Shown here: positions 18,909-27,313 of the stretch, piece after piece
Layout of the letters: each line of letters begins with the position of its first letter
How positions within the stretch are numbered: the stretch's first letter is position 1
From: Candidatus Heimdallarchaeota archaeon
GTDB taxonomy: Archaea > Asgardarchaeota > Heimdallarchaeia > Heimdallarchaeales > Heimdallarchaeaceae
Direction: 5' to 3'
DNA length: 42,767 nucleotides
Assembly (NCBI GenBank): GCA_030668825.1
Contig: DAOVET010000015.1
Coordinates: 1-42,767, forward strand
Translations under genes and position numbers: made by a program
Notes under the pieces: model-generated
What the model was told of the DNA's origin: nothing
Seen by the model: only the letters and a program-made list of their open reading frames with translations
The model's database searches: none

Positions 18909-19145
18909 CTAAAGTCCACCTTTAGTTCTAGCAATAAGATAGCATTTATCGCCATCCATCATTCCTGTTTGTTTTAGTATCTCACTGTCATCAAGTTGCT
19001 TACCATGGAAAACTATAATGACGGTGTTCGCAGGAATTTTCTTCTTTTTAGCAACTTCTCTCTTTAATTGAGCAACTGTTGAATGTGGATCAACATCTAA
19101 ATCTATTTTTCCTCCACCAATTGCTGTTACTACAGTTATTCTCAC
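18909..19145 (-). CDS. Ubiquitin homologue (precursor ending in GG-L)
   Basis: Beta-grasp pattern M.I.V.T, TV.QLK, IVFHGKQL.D and C-terminal TKGGL. Confidence 0.93.
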   Translation of the reverse strand: MRITVVTAIGGGKIDLDVDPHSTVAQLKREVAKKKKIPANTVIIVFHGKQLDDSEILKQTGMMDGDKCYLIARTKGGL

Positions 19146-19254
19146 TTTTGTTCACACCTAAATCTTTCTAAATTTCTATTAACATATTCATTCTTAAAGC
19201 TTACCAAATTGTTCTGCGTTTTTTGAATTTGCAAAAGTTTGAAGTTTTGGGGAA

Positions 19255-19653
19255 TTAATAGGTTGTCTTCTTTTCCCTTTCTCCCTTTCTTTTTATTGTT
19301 ATAGAGGAAGGAATCCCCTCTATCTCTCTTTCTAGCTTTTTGACACCTAATCTCGATATCTGTTTTCCCTCAAGAAAACCAATCTTAATCATATATAACA
19401 CGTTTTTGAAAATTGTTTCTGCAGTTGGTTTTTTAGATAGATTCTCATAGAGATTGATCCAGTAATTATAAGCATCTGGGCCCAAAAAATATTCCATTAA
19501 CGCCAATTTATCTTTTTCTTCTATACTTGCTGGAGATTCTTCTGCCTCTTTTAACTCTTCCATACGCTGTTTTCTTTGTTCAGCAATTTGCATTAATTCT
19601 TTTGCTTTTCTTTGCTTAATTTTCTCCAGTTCATCATCAGTTGTCATTGGCAA
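19255..19653 (-). CDS. Divergent PDCD5/TFAR19-like DNA-binding protein
   Basis: DDELEKIKQRK N-terminus, LGPDA, ITIKRK C-terminus. Confidence 0.55.
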   Translation of the reverse strand: MPMTTDDELEKIKQRKAKELMQIAEQRKQRMEELKEAEESPASIEEKDKLALMEYFLGPDAYNYWINLYENLSKKPTAETIFKNVLYMIKIGFLEGKQISRLGVKKLEREIEGIPSSITIKRKGEREKKTTY

Positions 19654-19714
19654 TCTTCAGCACAAAGCAAGGAATCAAGTTATTAAACTTATTTTTTTAT
19701 CACTTAAAGCAGTC

Positions 19715-20409
19715 CTAAGATTTGTTTATAGGTAAATGTTTCTTAACAGTTAGGAATCTAGATAAAACATTAAATTTTTCTGCATATTTTACTCCACACT
19801 TCATTCCATTGGATCGCCGATTAACATCTAACCAATCATCAACTTGTTGCCAATCATAAAAATCACCATAAAGTTTGGCTACTTCCTTAACTTTCTCAAA
19901 AGAGGAGGTTATATCTATGTAGATTGTTGGCAAAGGTGATACTTCCTCATGATACATGAAGATTGGAATATGAAGTGGAGGTCTATAAGGATCTAGCGGC
20001 TCTGTTATCTTTGGAATACGCGCATATGTGATTGCATCATAGAGTATTTGAGCAGTTCCTCTGTGATTCGGATGTCTTGTGTTCATTGACCATGTTACTA
20101 CTGCATCTGGTTTGACCTCAGCTATCACTTTAGCCATTTTCAGTGCACTTTCTCTTGTAGCTCTCACGGATGTATCACCATATCCTAGAAAAAGAGTTTC
20201 ACAACCAATTATCTTCCCAACATCTTTCCCTTGTTTTTCTCTTATTTCTTTCACTTCAGAAAAAGACATATCGTTAAAATGTGAAGCCATTTCACCACTA
20301 GCACAACTTTATCTCCCTTCTCAACATGATTAACTAAAGTACCTATGCACCCAACTTCATCATCAGGGTGTGCTACACATGCTAAAATTGTTTTTCTTCC
20401 AGTATTCAT
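19715..20409 (-). pseudogene. PIG-L/LmbE family N-acetyl deacetylase, frameshifted
   Basis: Upstream frame from ATG 20409 reads MNTGRKTILACVAHPDDEVGCIGTL...KVVL. The continuation SGEMASHF...HPNH...YAEKF is in another frame, with the shift near 20300. Confidence 0.8.
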
Positions 20410-20557
20410 TGAGATATCTTACCTTTTGAGTTTTTAAATTTCTTCTTTTATTAATTTTAATTTTTATCACTTTGAATTAAGTCTCTTGCCAAAAAATACT
20501 TTAAATAATCAAAACAAAACATAACAGACAAGAACGCTTTGTCTTGAGGCCATCTTA

Positions 20558-21178
20558 ATGTATGATGAACATAGAACTCAAAAAGTTGCTCGAATTATAG
20601 AAATCCCCATTCCTCTTGAGTTCTTCGATATGTTGCAGGATTTGGTTTCATACTATGGGAATAATGATAAAGCAGTTTTAGAGTCTATCAAGGCACATCA
20701 TAAGGAAATGTTCGGCTCATTGGATGATTTTAGAATACAGATAGCGTCAACAGTCTCCAGAGGAGTGAAAACGGTTTCTGGGATGAATACCCCTGTTACG
20801 GATGGTAGATTAGCTAGAATCATTGAGAATGGTAAGAAATTTGAACAAAAAACCCAGAAAGAAATTGAAAAAGTGGATAAATTACTTAATAAACTTGAAA
20901 ATACTACTGTTTTTAAGGAATTGAAAGAAGAAATCTCTTCAATGAAAAGTATGATTGAGAGAATACAATCTACAGGGGTAATCACACAAAAACCTAGAGG
21001 TCCCAAAGCAGATCTTTCTTCTTTGGAAATAGAAATTGATGATTCAGTAACAGGATCAATGTCTCCACCAGAAAGACCCTTGCTTGATACAGTTCTAGAT
21101 AGTATGCTTTTCTTTGATGATGAAGAATTAGCTGAAGATTCTGAAGAAGAAATCAAAAAAGAAACAGAAGAAAATTAA
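20558..21178 (+). CDS. Hypothetical protein (possible ribbon-helix-helix N-terminus, coiled coil, acidic tail)
   Basis: 206-aa ORF with typical composition; heptad region KFEQKTQKEIEKVDKLL. Confidence 0.6.
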   Translation: MYDEHRTQKVARIIEIPIPLEFFDMLQDLVSYYGNNDKAVLESIKAHHKEMFGSLDDFRIQIASTVSRGVKTVSGMNTPVTDGRLARIIENGKKFEQKTQKEIEKVDKLLNKLENTTVFKELKEEISSMKSMIERIQSTGVITQKPRGPKADLSSLEIEIDDSVTGSMSPPERPLLDTVLDSMLFFDDEELAEDSEEEIKKETEEN

Positions 21179-21179
21179 T

Positions 21180-21716
21180 TTATTTTTTTGATTGATTGAC
21201 TAATAATTGTGCAATATTAGTGAAAGCTTCCTCTACTTGATTTCCAGTTAATGCACTTGTTCTGATGCTAAAATGGCTTTTTATTTTTGTGTGAACTGCA
21301 TCATATTCTTTTTTTGAAACAGCAATTTGATTTTTTAAATCTTCTTTATTACCAATAAGAACTTTGATTACATCTTTACCACAGTTATCTACAAATTCTT
21401 TTTCCCACTTTTGAACATCTTTGAGAGTTGCAGCTCTTGTTAAATCATAAACTAATAATGCTGCCCTTGCCCCTTTATAGAATGTGTGTCGGATGAAACG
21501 AAACCTTTCTTGCCCTGCTAAATCCCAGATAGAAAGAGCAACTCTTGTTCCATCTTCTAAATCTATGTGTTTTTCAGACGGTTCCATGCCGATAGTCATA
21601 AGGTAGGAACTATCAAATCTATCGTGAACAAATCGTTGTACTAAACTTGTTTTACCAACAGCTGCGGATCCTAATAATAAGATTTTGTAGTTGTAATCTG
21701 GTTGAATTTTACTCAT
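21180..21716 (-). CDS. Rab-like small GTPase
   Basis: GSAAVGKT (G1), TIG (G2), WDLAGQERF (G3), NKED (G4) and SAL (G5); no C-terminal Cys motif. Confidence 0.93.
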   Translation of the reverse strand: MSKIQPDYNYKILLLGSAAVGKTSLVQRFVHDRFDSSYLMTIGMEPSEKHIDLEDGTRVALSIWDLAGQERFRFIRHTFYKGARAALLVYDLTRAATLKDVQKWEKEFVDNCGKDVIKVLIGNKEDLKNQIAVSKKEYDAVHTKIKSHFSIRTSALTGNQVEEAFTNIAQLLVNQSKK

Positions 21717-21717
21717 T

Positions 21718-22029
21718 TTACTCCTCTTCTAGTAGTTTAGCTATTCTTTCCAAATCCTCTATGAGACTATCTAAATAAAACTTTTCAAAACTACCCTCAG
21801 CTCTGTCAATAGTACTTAGAGAAATACAGAGATCTTCAATGGCTTCTTTGTGTTCTTTTTCTTGTTGTGTCGGTAAATAGCTCTTTATTTTTCTTAGAAC
21901 TTTTTTTGCCATTCCTGAAGTGAGTTTGCGATTAATTGTACCTTCTTGATAAGCTTGTACTGTAGAGCGCATCCATAAAGCCACGTTATACAAATTGTCA
22001 ATCTCATCGGGAGGGGAAATAGTGGTCAT
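21718..22029 (-). CDS. Hypothetical helical protein coupled to the Rab-like gene
   Basis: 103 aa; its stop is separated by one base from the GTPase ATG. Confidence 0.7.
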   Translation of the reverse strand: MTTISPPDEIDNLYNVALWMRSTVQAYQEGTINRKLTSGMAKKVLRKIKSYLPTQQEKEHKEAIEDLCISLSTIDRAEGSFEKFYLDSLIEDLERIAKLLEEE

Positions 22030-22095
22030 TACAGCTAAGAAAAGTTTACAAGATTAATATAATTTGTGTTGAATGGGATTAAAAGAAAATAGTAG

Positions 22096-22120
22096 AAAAA
22101 AAAAGAGGGGAAACCCCTCT
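22096..22120 (-). terminator. Hairpin plus U-tract terminator downstream of the wHTH gene
   Basis: Perfect 7-bp stem AGAGGGG-AAA-CCCCTCT (22104-22120), followed on the minus strand by a T run. Confidence 0.65.
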
Positions 22121-22162
22121 CACACTCCCTATATTTACGGAGCCTAAGACTCCAGCATAAAC

Positions 22163-22435
22163 TTAAGCTGTTTGACTAACTTGAGCTTTTTCTCCTACGA
22201 GAAACTCAAAGTTGTCACGTATTGCAGGATCCAAGTAATAGAATACACTACGCATATCTGATAAATTGGACATTTTCTTAAGGATTCCTTTCTCAAGCAA
22301 CCTTCTAATACCGTAACGGACAGTCCTTTCGGGTTGGCTTACTGACCCAAGGATTTGCTTCTGAGTCATAGGGCCGCTTACATCTAAGACTTTAATTATG
22401 TCTTCTCCACCGCGTGGAAGTTTTCGTCTTTTCAT
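22163..22435 (-). CDS. Winged-HTH (MarR-like) transcriptional regulator
   Basis: GPMTQKQI, ERTVRYGIRRL and DMRSVFY wing. Confidence 0.85.
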   Translation of the reverse strand: MKRRKLPRGGEDIIKVLDVSGPMTQKQILGSVSQPERTVRYGIRRLLEKGILKKMSNLSDMRSVFYYLDPAIRDNFEFLVGEKAQVSQTA

Positions 22436-22899
22436 TTTTTACACCTTTTTTGATGTTCAACCACTTGGAATGGTTGTCTTACTCTTTAGAGCTCGTCTAA
22501 GAGTCGAATTTTGTTAGCGATACTGTTTCCTAACGTTAACCCTTATAAAGTTTTGGGAGGTCCAAAACGGCTTTCTTACGGGGTTTTGGACACTTTTCTA
22601 TGTATCGCCTATACGTATACAACATTATCGGTTAAAAATGTGAATTTACCCGTTTCTAATGTTCTAGCAGTAATATTAACGCATTTCCACTTATATAGTT
22701 TTCTCAAAAAAGTGCAAAAAGGTGCAAAAAAAGATAAATTTATATATCATTCTTTGGCTTTTTTGCGTTTTTCAAAAGAAAAAATGTGTGATAATCACAA
22801 CTTTGTAGCAGAAAATGCTTTACTGTGTTAAATCATTTTTTTCTAATTGCTTTTATGTAATTCAGTTAAACTTAAAACCGTCTCATCTTTCTTTAGTTT

Positions 22900-23298
22900 G
22901 TGACTGAATTTAAAAAAAGGCATCTGCTGTTGATTTATGGTTCTGCCTATGTTATAATTGCTTTTATCTTAACTTTTCTCTTCACAGCAATTATTGGAGA
23001 TTGGACATTTCGTGGTTTCATATTGAACTTCAGTATGTGGGGGATTATTTGGATTGTTTCAATGTTTGGTTATCCAATGTTCTTTTTAGATGCAGACCCC
23101 ACAACTCTTTCAATTGATCCAGCTTTTTCCGTACTAGCTTATTTCGTAATTATAGCTGGTTTATTTATAACATATCAACTTCATGTAAAAACCATTGAGA
23201 ATAAACTGAGTAAAGAACTATCTATAGGCAAGATACTAAATTTGTATTTTCCAATTAAGAAAAAATCAGCTACTGAAACTGGGGGTAATAAGAAATGA
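22900..23298 (+). CDS. Hypothetical membrane protein
   Basis: Three hydrophobic segments. Confidence 0.65.
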   Translation: MTEFKKRHLLLIYGSAYVIIAFILTFLFTAIIGDWTFRGFILNFSMWGIIWIVSMFGYPMFFLDADPTTLSIDPAFSVLAYFVIIAGLFITYQLHVKTIENKLSKELSIGKILNLYFPIKKKSATETGGNKK

Positions 23299-23891
23299 AG
23301 CACGATTATCGAATCTTCTCCAAAAACGTCTATGGTATAATATCTGCACTAATTTGGTTGCTTACAACCTTTATTTTTGCAATAGATATAATTCATTATT
23401 TCAAGCTTTATTCTCATATTAACAGTTACAAAGTGACAGCTCTAACTCATCATTATGACCTCAGTCCAGCAATGACAATAACTTTGATCCTGGCTATAAG
23501 TTTCGTTGTTGGGAGTTTAGTTTTCCTTGGAAATCTTGTTCTCTTATCATATATAAAACTGAAAAAATACTATACATTTGCACTTCCATTAATAACAATC
23601 ATTCTGGTTCTAGCGATAATCCTACCATTGACAAATTACACACTTGATATTATGCTTGATTTTAATTTTCAAAGACCGATTACTAATTTCCATTTTTTTA
23701 GGGTTAGATTAGATTCAGGGTTTCCGAGAGTTATTCTTGAAACATTATCCAATGATATCTATCTACACTTATATCGAAATCTACCACTTGACTATGCAAT
23801 TTTCTGGTTGCAAATTATATTCCCTGTGATAGCATCTGTTTTCCAATTCCTAGGAATTAAAAAAACTGAAAAGGATGAAAAGGAAAAGTAA
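23295..23891 (+). CDS. Hypothetical membrane protein
   Basis: Four hydrophobic segments; overlaps the previous gene by 4 nt as annotated. Confidence 0.65.
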   Translation: MKHDYRIFSKNVYGIISALIWLLTTFIFAIDIIHYFKLYSHINSYKVTALTHHYDLSPAMTITLILAISFVVGSLVFLGNLVLLSYIKLKKYYTFALPLITIILVLAIILPLTNYTLDIMLDFNFQRPITNFHFFRVRLDSGFPRVILETLSNDIYLHLYRNLPLDYAIFWLQIIFPVIASVFQFLGIKKTEKDEKEK

Positions 23892-23914
23892 CAATTCCAT
23901 TTTCCTTTTCTTTC

Positions 23915-25081
23915 ATGTCAGATGAAAAACTTAATCTAATCATTTTTTTACAGAATCATGTGTCATTCAAAATAGGTTTTCTAGTTAATCCTATTGCAGG
24001 AATAGGTGGAAAGAAAGGCTGGAAAGGAACTGATTTAATTGAAGATGCATGGGAGTATTTTGAGGGTGGGGAGAAATATTCCTTTGAAAGAGTGAAAAAA
24101 GCACTCTCTTCATTATCGTCCTCGTTACCTCTTACTTTTTATTACTGTGATAATCCTATGGGAGCAGAAATATTGGAAGAGTATCCTTTCGAGAAAGTTT
24201 TGATTTACACTCCTTCTGAAGATAGAACTGCAGCTCAAGATACGCAAAAAGCTTGCCAAATTTTTCTAGAAAATGAAGTTGATTTGATACTCTTTGTAGG
24301 TGGTGATGGAACAGCTAGAGATGTTGCATCTGTAATTGCTGATAAAATACCTACTTTGGGAATTCCTTCCGGAGTAAAAATGTTTAGTGGATGTTTTCTC
24401 TATCATCCTCAAGACTTAGGTGAAATCATGGTTGATCTTGTTGCAGATGAGCTAGTAATAACTGCTGAAGATGTTATGGATGTGAATGAGGCATTATTTA
24501 GAGAAAATAAAGTACACGCTACTCTATTCGGTCATTTAATGGTTCCTCAGAAAACTGGGTTAATACAGGGAGGAAAGATCTCATCATCAGTAACCTCTGT
24601 AGAAACATATGAAGTAATGGCGCTCGAGCTTAAGGAAGAGCATTCAATTAATGATGGAATAGTTGTATTAGGCACAGGAAGTACTATTTATCATGTAATG
24701 AAAGCGATGAATATAGAGAAAACCTTGTTGGGTGTAGATCTCTTTGAGGATGGAAAAATAGTAAATAGAGATATTAATGAAGCATCGTTATATGAACTTA
24801 CAAAAGGAAAAAATATTATTATTATATTAACACCAATCGGTGGTCAAGGCTTTCTTTTGGGACGTGGGAATCAACAAATAAGTTCTAGAGTTCTAATAAA
24901 TGCTAAAAGCTTCAAATTTGTAATCCTCTCTTCAGAACAAAAACTAGACACTATAGACCAACTGGAGTTAGATCTTGATTCTCCAATAGATGTCCCTGAT
25001 ATAAAAAATGGCTATGTAAAAGTTCTAACAGCATATCATCAATATAAATTGACAAAAATTAATGTTCAAAACACCGACTAA
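23915..25081 (+). CDS. ATP-NAD kinase/AcoX-like family protein
   Basis: GFLVNPIAGIGG, GGDGTARD, GIPSGVKM.S and GGQGFLLGRGNQQ; the true start may be GTG ~23960. Confidence 0.85.
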   Translation: MSDEKLNLIIFLQNHVSFKIGFLVNPIAGIGGKKGWKGTDLIEDAWEYFEGGEKYSFERVKKALSSLSSSLPLTFYYCDNPMGAEILEEYPFEKVLIYTPSEDRTAAQDTQKACQIFLENEVDLILFVGGDGTARDVASVIADKIPTLGIPSGVKMFSGCFLYHPQDLGEIMVDLVADELVITAEDVMDVNEALFRENKVHATLFGHLMVPQKTGLIQGGKISSSVTSVETYEVMALELKEEHSINDGIVVLGTGSTIYHVMKAMNIEKTLLGVDLFEDGKIVNRDINEASLYELTKGKNIIIILTPIGGQGFLLGRGNQQISSRVLINAKSFKFVILSSEQKLDTIDQLELDLDSPIDVPDIKNGYVKVLTAYHQYKLTKINVQNTD

Positions 25082-25992
25082 ACTTCCTCGTAAAATCGCA
25101 TTTTCAGTGCATGAATATCATCATCATAGTCTCGTTTTATTAAGTCTGTCGAGCGATGAAACTCTGTTACTTGTATAGTCTTTCTAACTTCTGGGATCTT
25201 ATCTACAACCTCTCTTTTGTATCTCTCTTTTGATTCCTCTTTCTTTAATTGGTTGTGGATCATATTACTAAGAATTAGTGCTTTTTCGATGAAGATAATT
25301 ACTGGAAAACAGACATCATAAACTGATGCTCTTAGTTCCTCATTTATACAGATTTTCAGTGATCTGGCTAAATCTGGAAGGATTACATTATCGAAAATCA
25401 TTGATTGGCTTTTATCATTTTCAAGATAGTCAAGTGCTTGAATTAAATTACCCTTAAGTTCGGGTCCAAAAATTCTGAAATCTTTTGGTTTGAGAGATAA
25501 CATGTTGTAATCATCATAAGCTGGTGGTTCAGTTTGTTTTACCTCAGTCTCTTCTGGAATAGATTCCTCGATAACTATTTTCTCTTTTTTCTTAGTCTTT
25601 TTCTTTGGTTTCTCTATCTCCTTTGCTAAATGGAAAATTTTACGGAGATCCAGAAAAATTCCCCGACCACGGAAGACTATGTTATGAGCTTCACCTGGCT
25701 CGTAGATGTATTTTCCTTCTCTTTCAACTACTGCTTGAAAGGAACCATCCTCCCAAACAGGAAATGCAATTTTGTATGCTGCTCTCCCTGCTTTATCTTC
25801 TTTTACGAATAGAGTTGCTTTTGATATGTCTTGAGGTAAATTATTTTTTTTACCTATGAGTAAGACGTTATCGATTCCTGTTCCATCTCCCTCATAGATT
25901 ACGACAATTTCTACTTTGTCAGTTTCTTCAACTGTGACTGAAGACATGTATAGAGGAAAATCATCACTACCAATATCACTCATTATGCTCAT
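25078..25992 (-). CDS. Hypothetical protein with a possible degenerate CBM20-like N-terminal domain
   Basis: Beta-rich N-terminus, Lys/Glu-rich linker and helical C-terminal domain. Confidence 0.55.
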   Translation of the reverse strand: MSIMSDIGSDDFPLYMSSVTVEETDKVEIVVIYEGDGTGIDNVLLIGKKNNLPQDISKATLFVKEDKAGRAAYKIAFPVWEDGSFQAVVEREGKYIYEPGEAHNIVFRGRGIFLDLRKIFHLAKEIEKPKKKTKKKEKIVIEESIPEETEVKQTEPPAYDDYNMLSLKPKDFRIFGPELKGNLIQALDYLENDKSQSMIFDNVILPDLARSLKICINEELRASVYDVCFPVIIFIEKALILSNMIHNQLKKEESKERYKREVVDKIPEVRKTIQVTEFHRSTDLIKRDYDDDIHALKMRFYEEV

Positions 25993-26095
25993 TCATTATT
26001 CTCACTATAGTCAAAAAAGCTTTTCGAAAGAATCCTTGGTCATTTATTAGGTAAAAACATAGTAAAAAGAGAAAGAAATTAATATTTCAACTGTT

Positions 26096-27232
26096 CTAAT
26101 CGAAAAATTCACTAAGCGTTTCTATTATATATCTGATAGATTCATTTGTTAGAGACGTAACCATTGGGATTTCAAAGTGGTTTAGTGCTACAAGCTCGGA
26201 GTTTGAACATTTAATTTTTGAATAATCTGGATAATCAATAACTCTTGATAAATGCCATTTTGATAGATCTAAATAGCAAGGTTGTTGATAGGAAAGCTTA
26301 GTGTAAATAGCTCTAGAACCAATATTTTTGCTTTTCAAGTACTCAATAACTTTATTTTGTGAAAACTTTTCGTTTAAAATAACAGGGGCCATAATATAAT
26401 CAGAGTGTTGATGACCAGAAAGAACTTTTTGGATTCTTAGATCTTCTAGTTCGCTCAATTCTTCTCTATATTTATCTCCTGTATCATGTCTCTTTGAGAG
26501 TATTTCTTGTGCTCTATCCATTTGAACATTCATTATAGCTGCAGTCAAATCTGTCATCCGATAGTTAAACCCTATGAAATAATGTGCATATCCTCCCGCA
26601 GGACTTCGACCGTGATTTTTTATGCTTTTTATTTTCTCAAATAATTCTTCATCATTTGTTATTACGGCCCCTCCTTCTCCTCCAACTAGATTTTTACTTC
26701 CATAAAAGGAAAAACATCCAATACTTCCAAAATTACCAACATGAGTATTATCGATTGTTGCACCATGGCCTTGAGCACAATCTTCAATCACGATTAAATT
26801 TCGATCCTCAGCTATGTCCATAATTGCTTTCATGTCACATGGATTTCCAAAAATATGAACTGGCATTATTGCTTTTGTCTTTTCAGTGATTTTCTCTTCA
26901 ATTTTTTCTGGATCTATGTTATATGTTTCTCTGTCTATATCAACAAATACTGGTATCGCCCCAGAGAAGAGAATTGTATTAGATGATGCAACAAATGTAA
27001 ATGGGGTTGTGATTACTTCATCCTTGGGACCAATATCTAGAGCAACCATAGCAAGGTGTAAAGCACATGTTCCATTTACGACAATTGAAGTAAATTTTGC
27101 TCCACTAAATTTAGAAAATTTTTCCTCAAATGAACGAGCATTCTTGCCTTCAACAAGATATTTGCTCTTAACTACGTCTTGAACTGCTTTCAATTCAAGT
27201 TCTTTAATATCAACATCAACAACAGGGATCAT
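26096..27232 (-). CDS. DegT/DnrJ/EryC1/StrS family sugar aminotransferase
   Basis: NGTCALH, PFTFVAS, EDCAQGHG, FSFY.SKN..GEGG and GFNYRMT. Confidence 0.93.
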   Translation of the reverse strand: MIPVVDVDIKELELKAVQDVVKSKYLVEGKNARSFEEKFSKFSGAKFTSIVVNGTCALHLAMVALDIGPKDEVITTPFTFVASSNTILFSGAIPVFVDIDRETYNIDPEKIEEKITEKTKAIMPVHIFGNPCDMKAIMDIAEDRNLIVIEDCAQGHGATIDNTHVGNFGSIGCFSFYGSKNLVGGEGGAVITNDEELFEKIKSIKNHGRSPAGGYAHYFIGFNYRMTDLTAAIMNVQMDRAQEILSKRHDTGDKYREELSELEDLRIQKVLSGHQHSDYIMAPVILNEKFSQNKVIEYLKSKNIGSRAIYTKLSYQQPCYLDLSKWHLSRVIDYPDYSKIKCSNSELVALNHFEIPMVTSLTNESIRYIIETLSEFFD

Positions 27233-27313
27233 ATGAATCTCTCTTTTAACTATTTTTGAGTAAAATACAGTAAAATTGAATCTTTATTAAATTTTTGGTT
27301 ATATCTTTGGATT

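Noticed and set aside
22511-22831. 106-aa plus-strand ORF; also a possible replication origin in this gap
   Set aside because: TTG start, atypical composition and overlap with promoter elements. No ORB-like repeats or cdc6/orc1 gene are seen.
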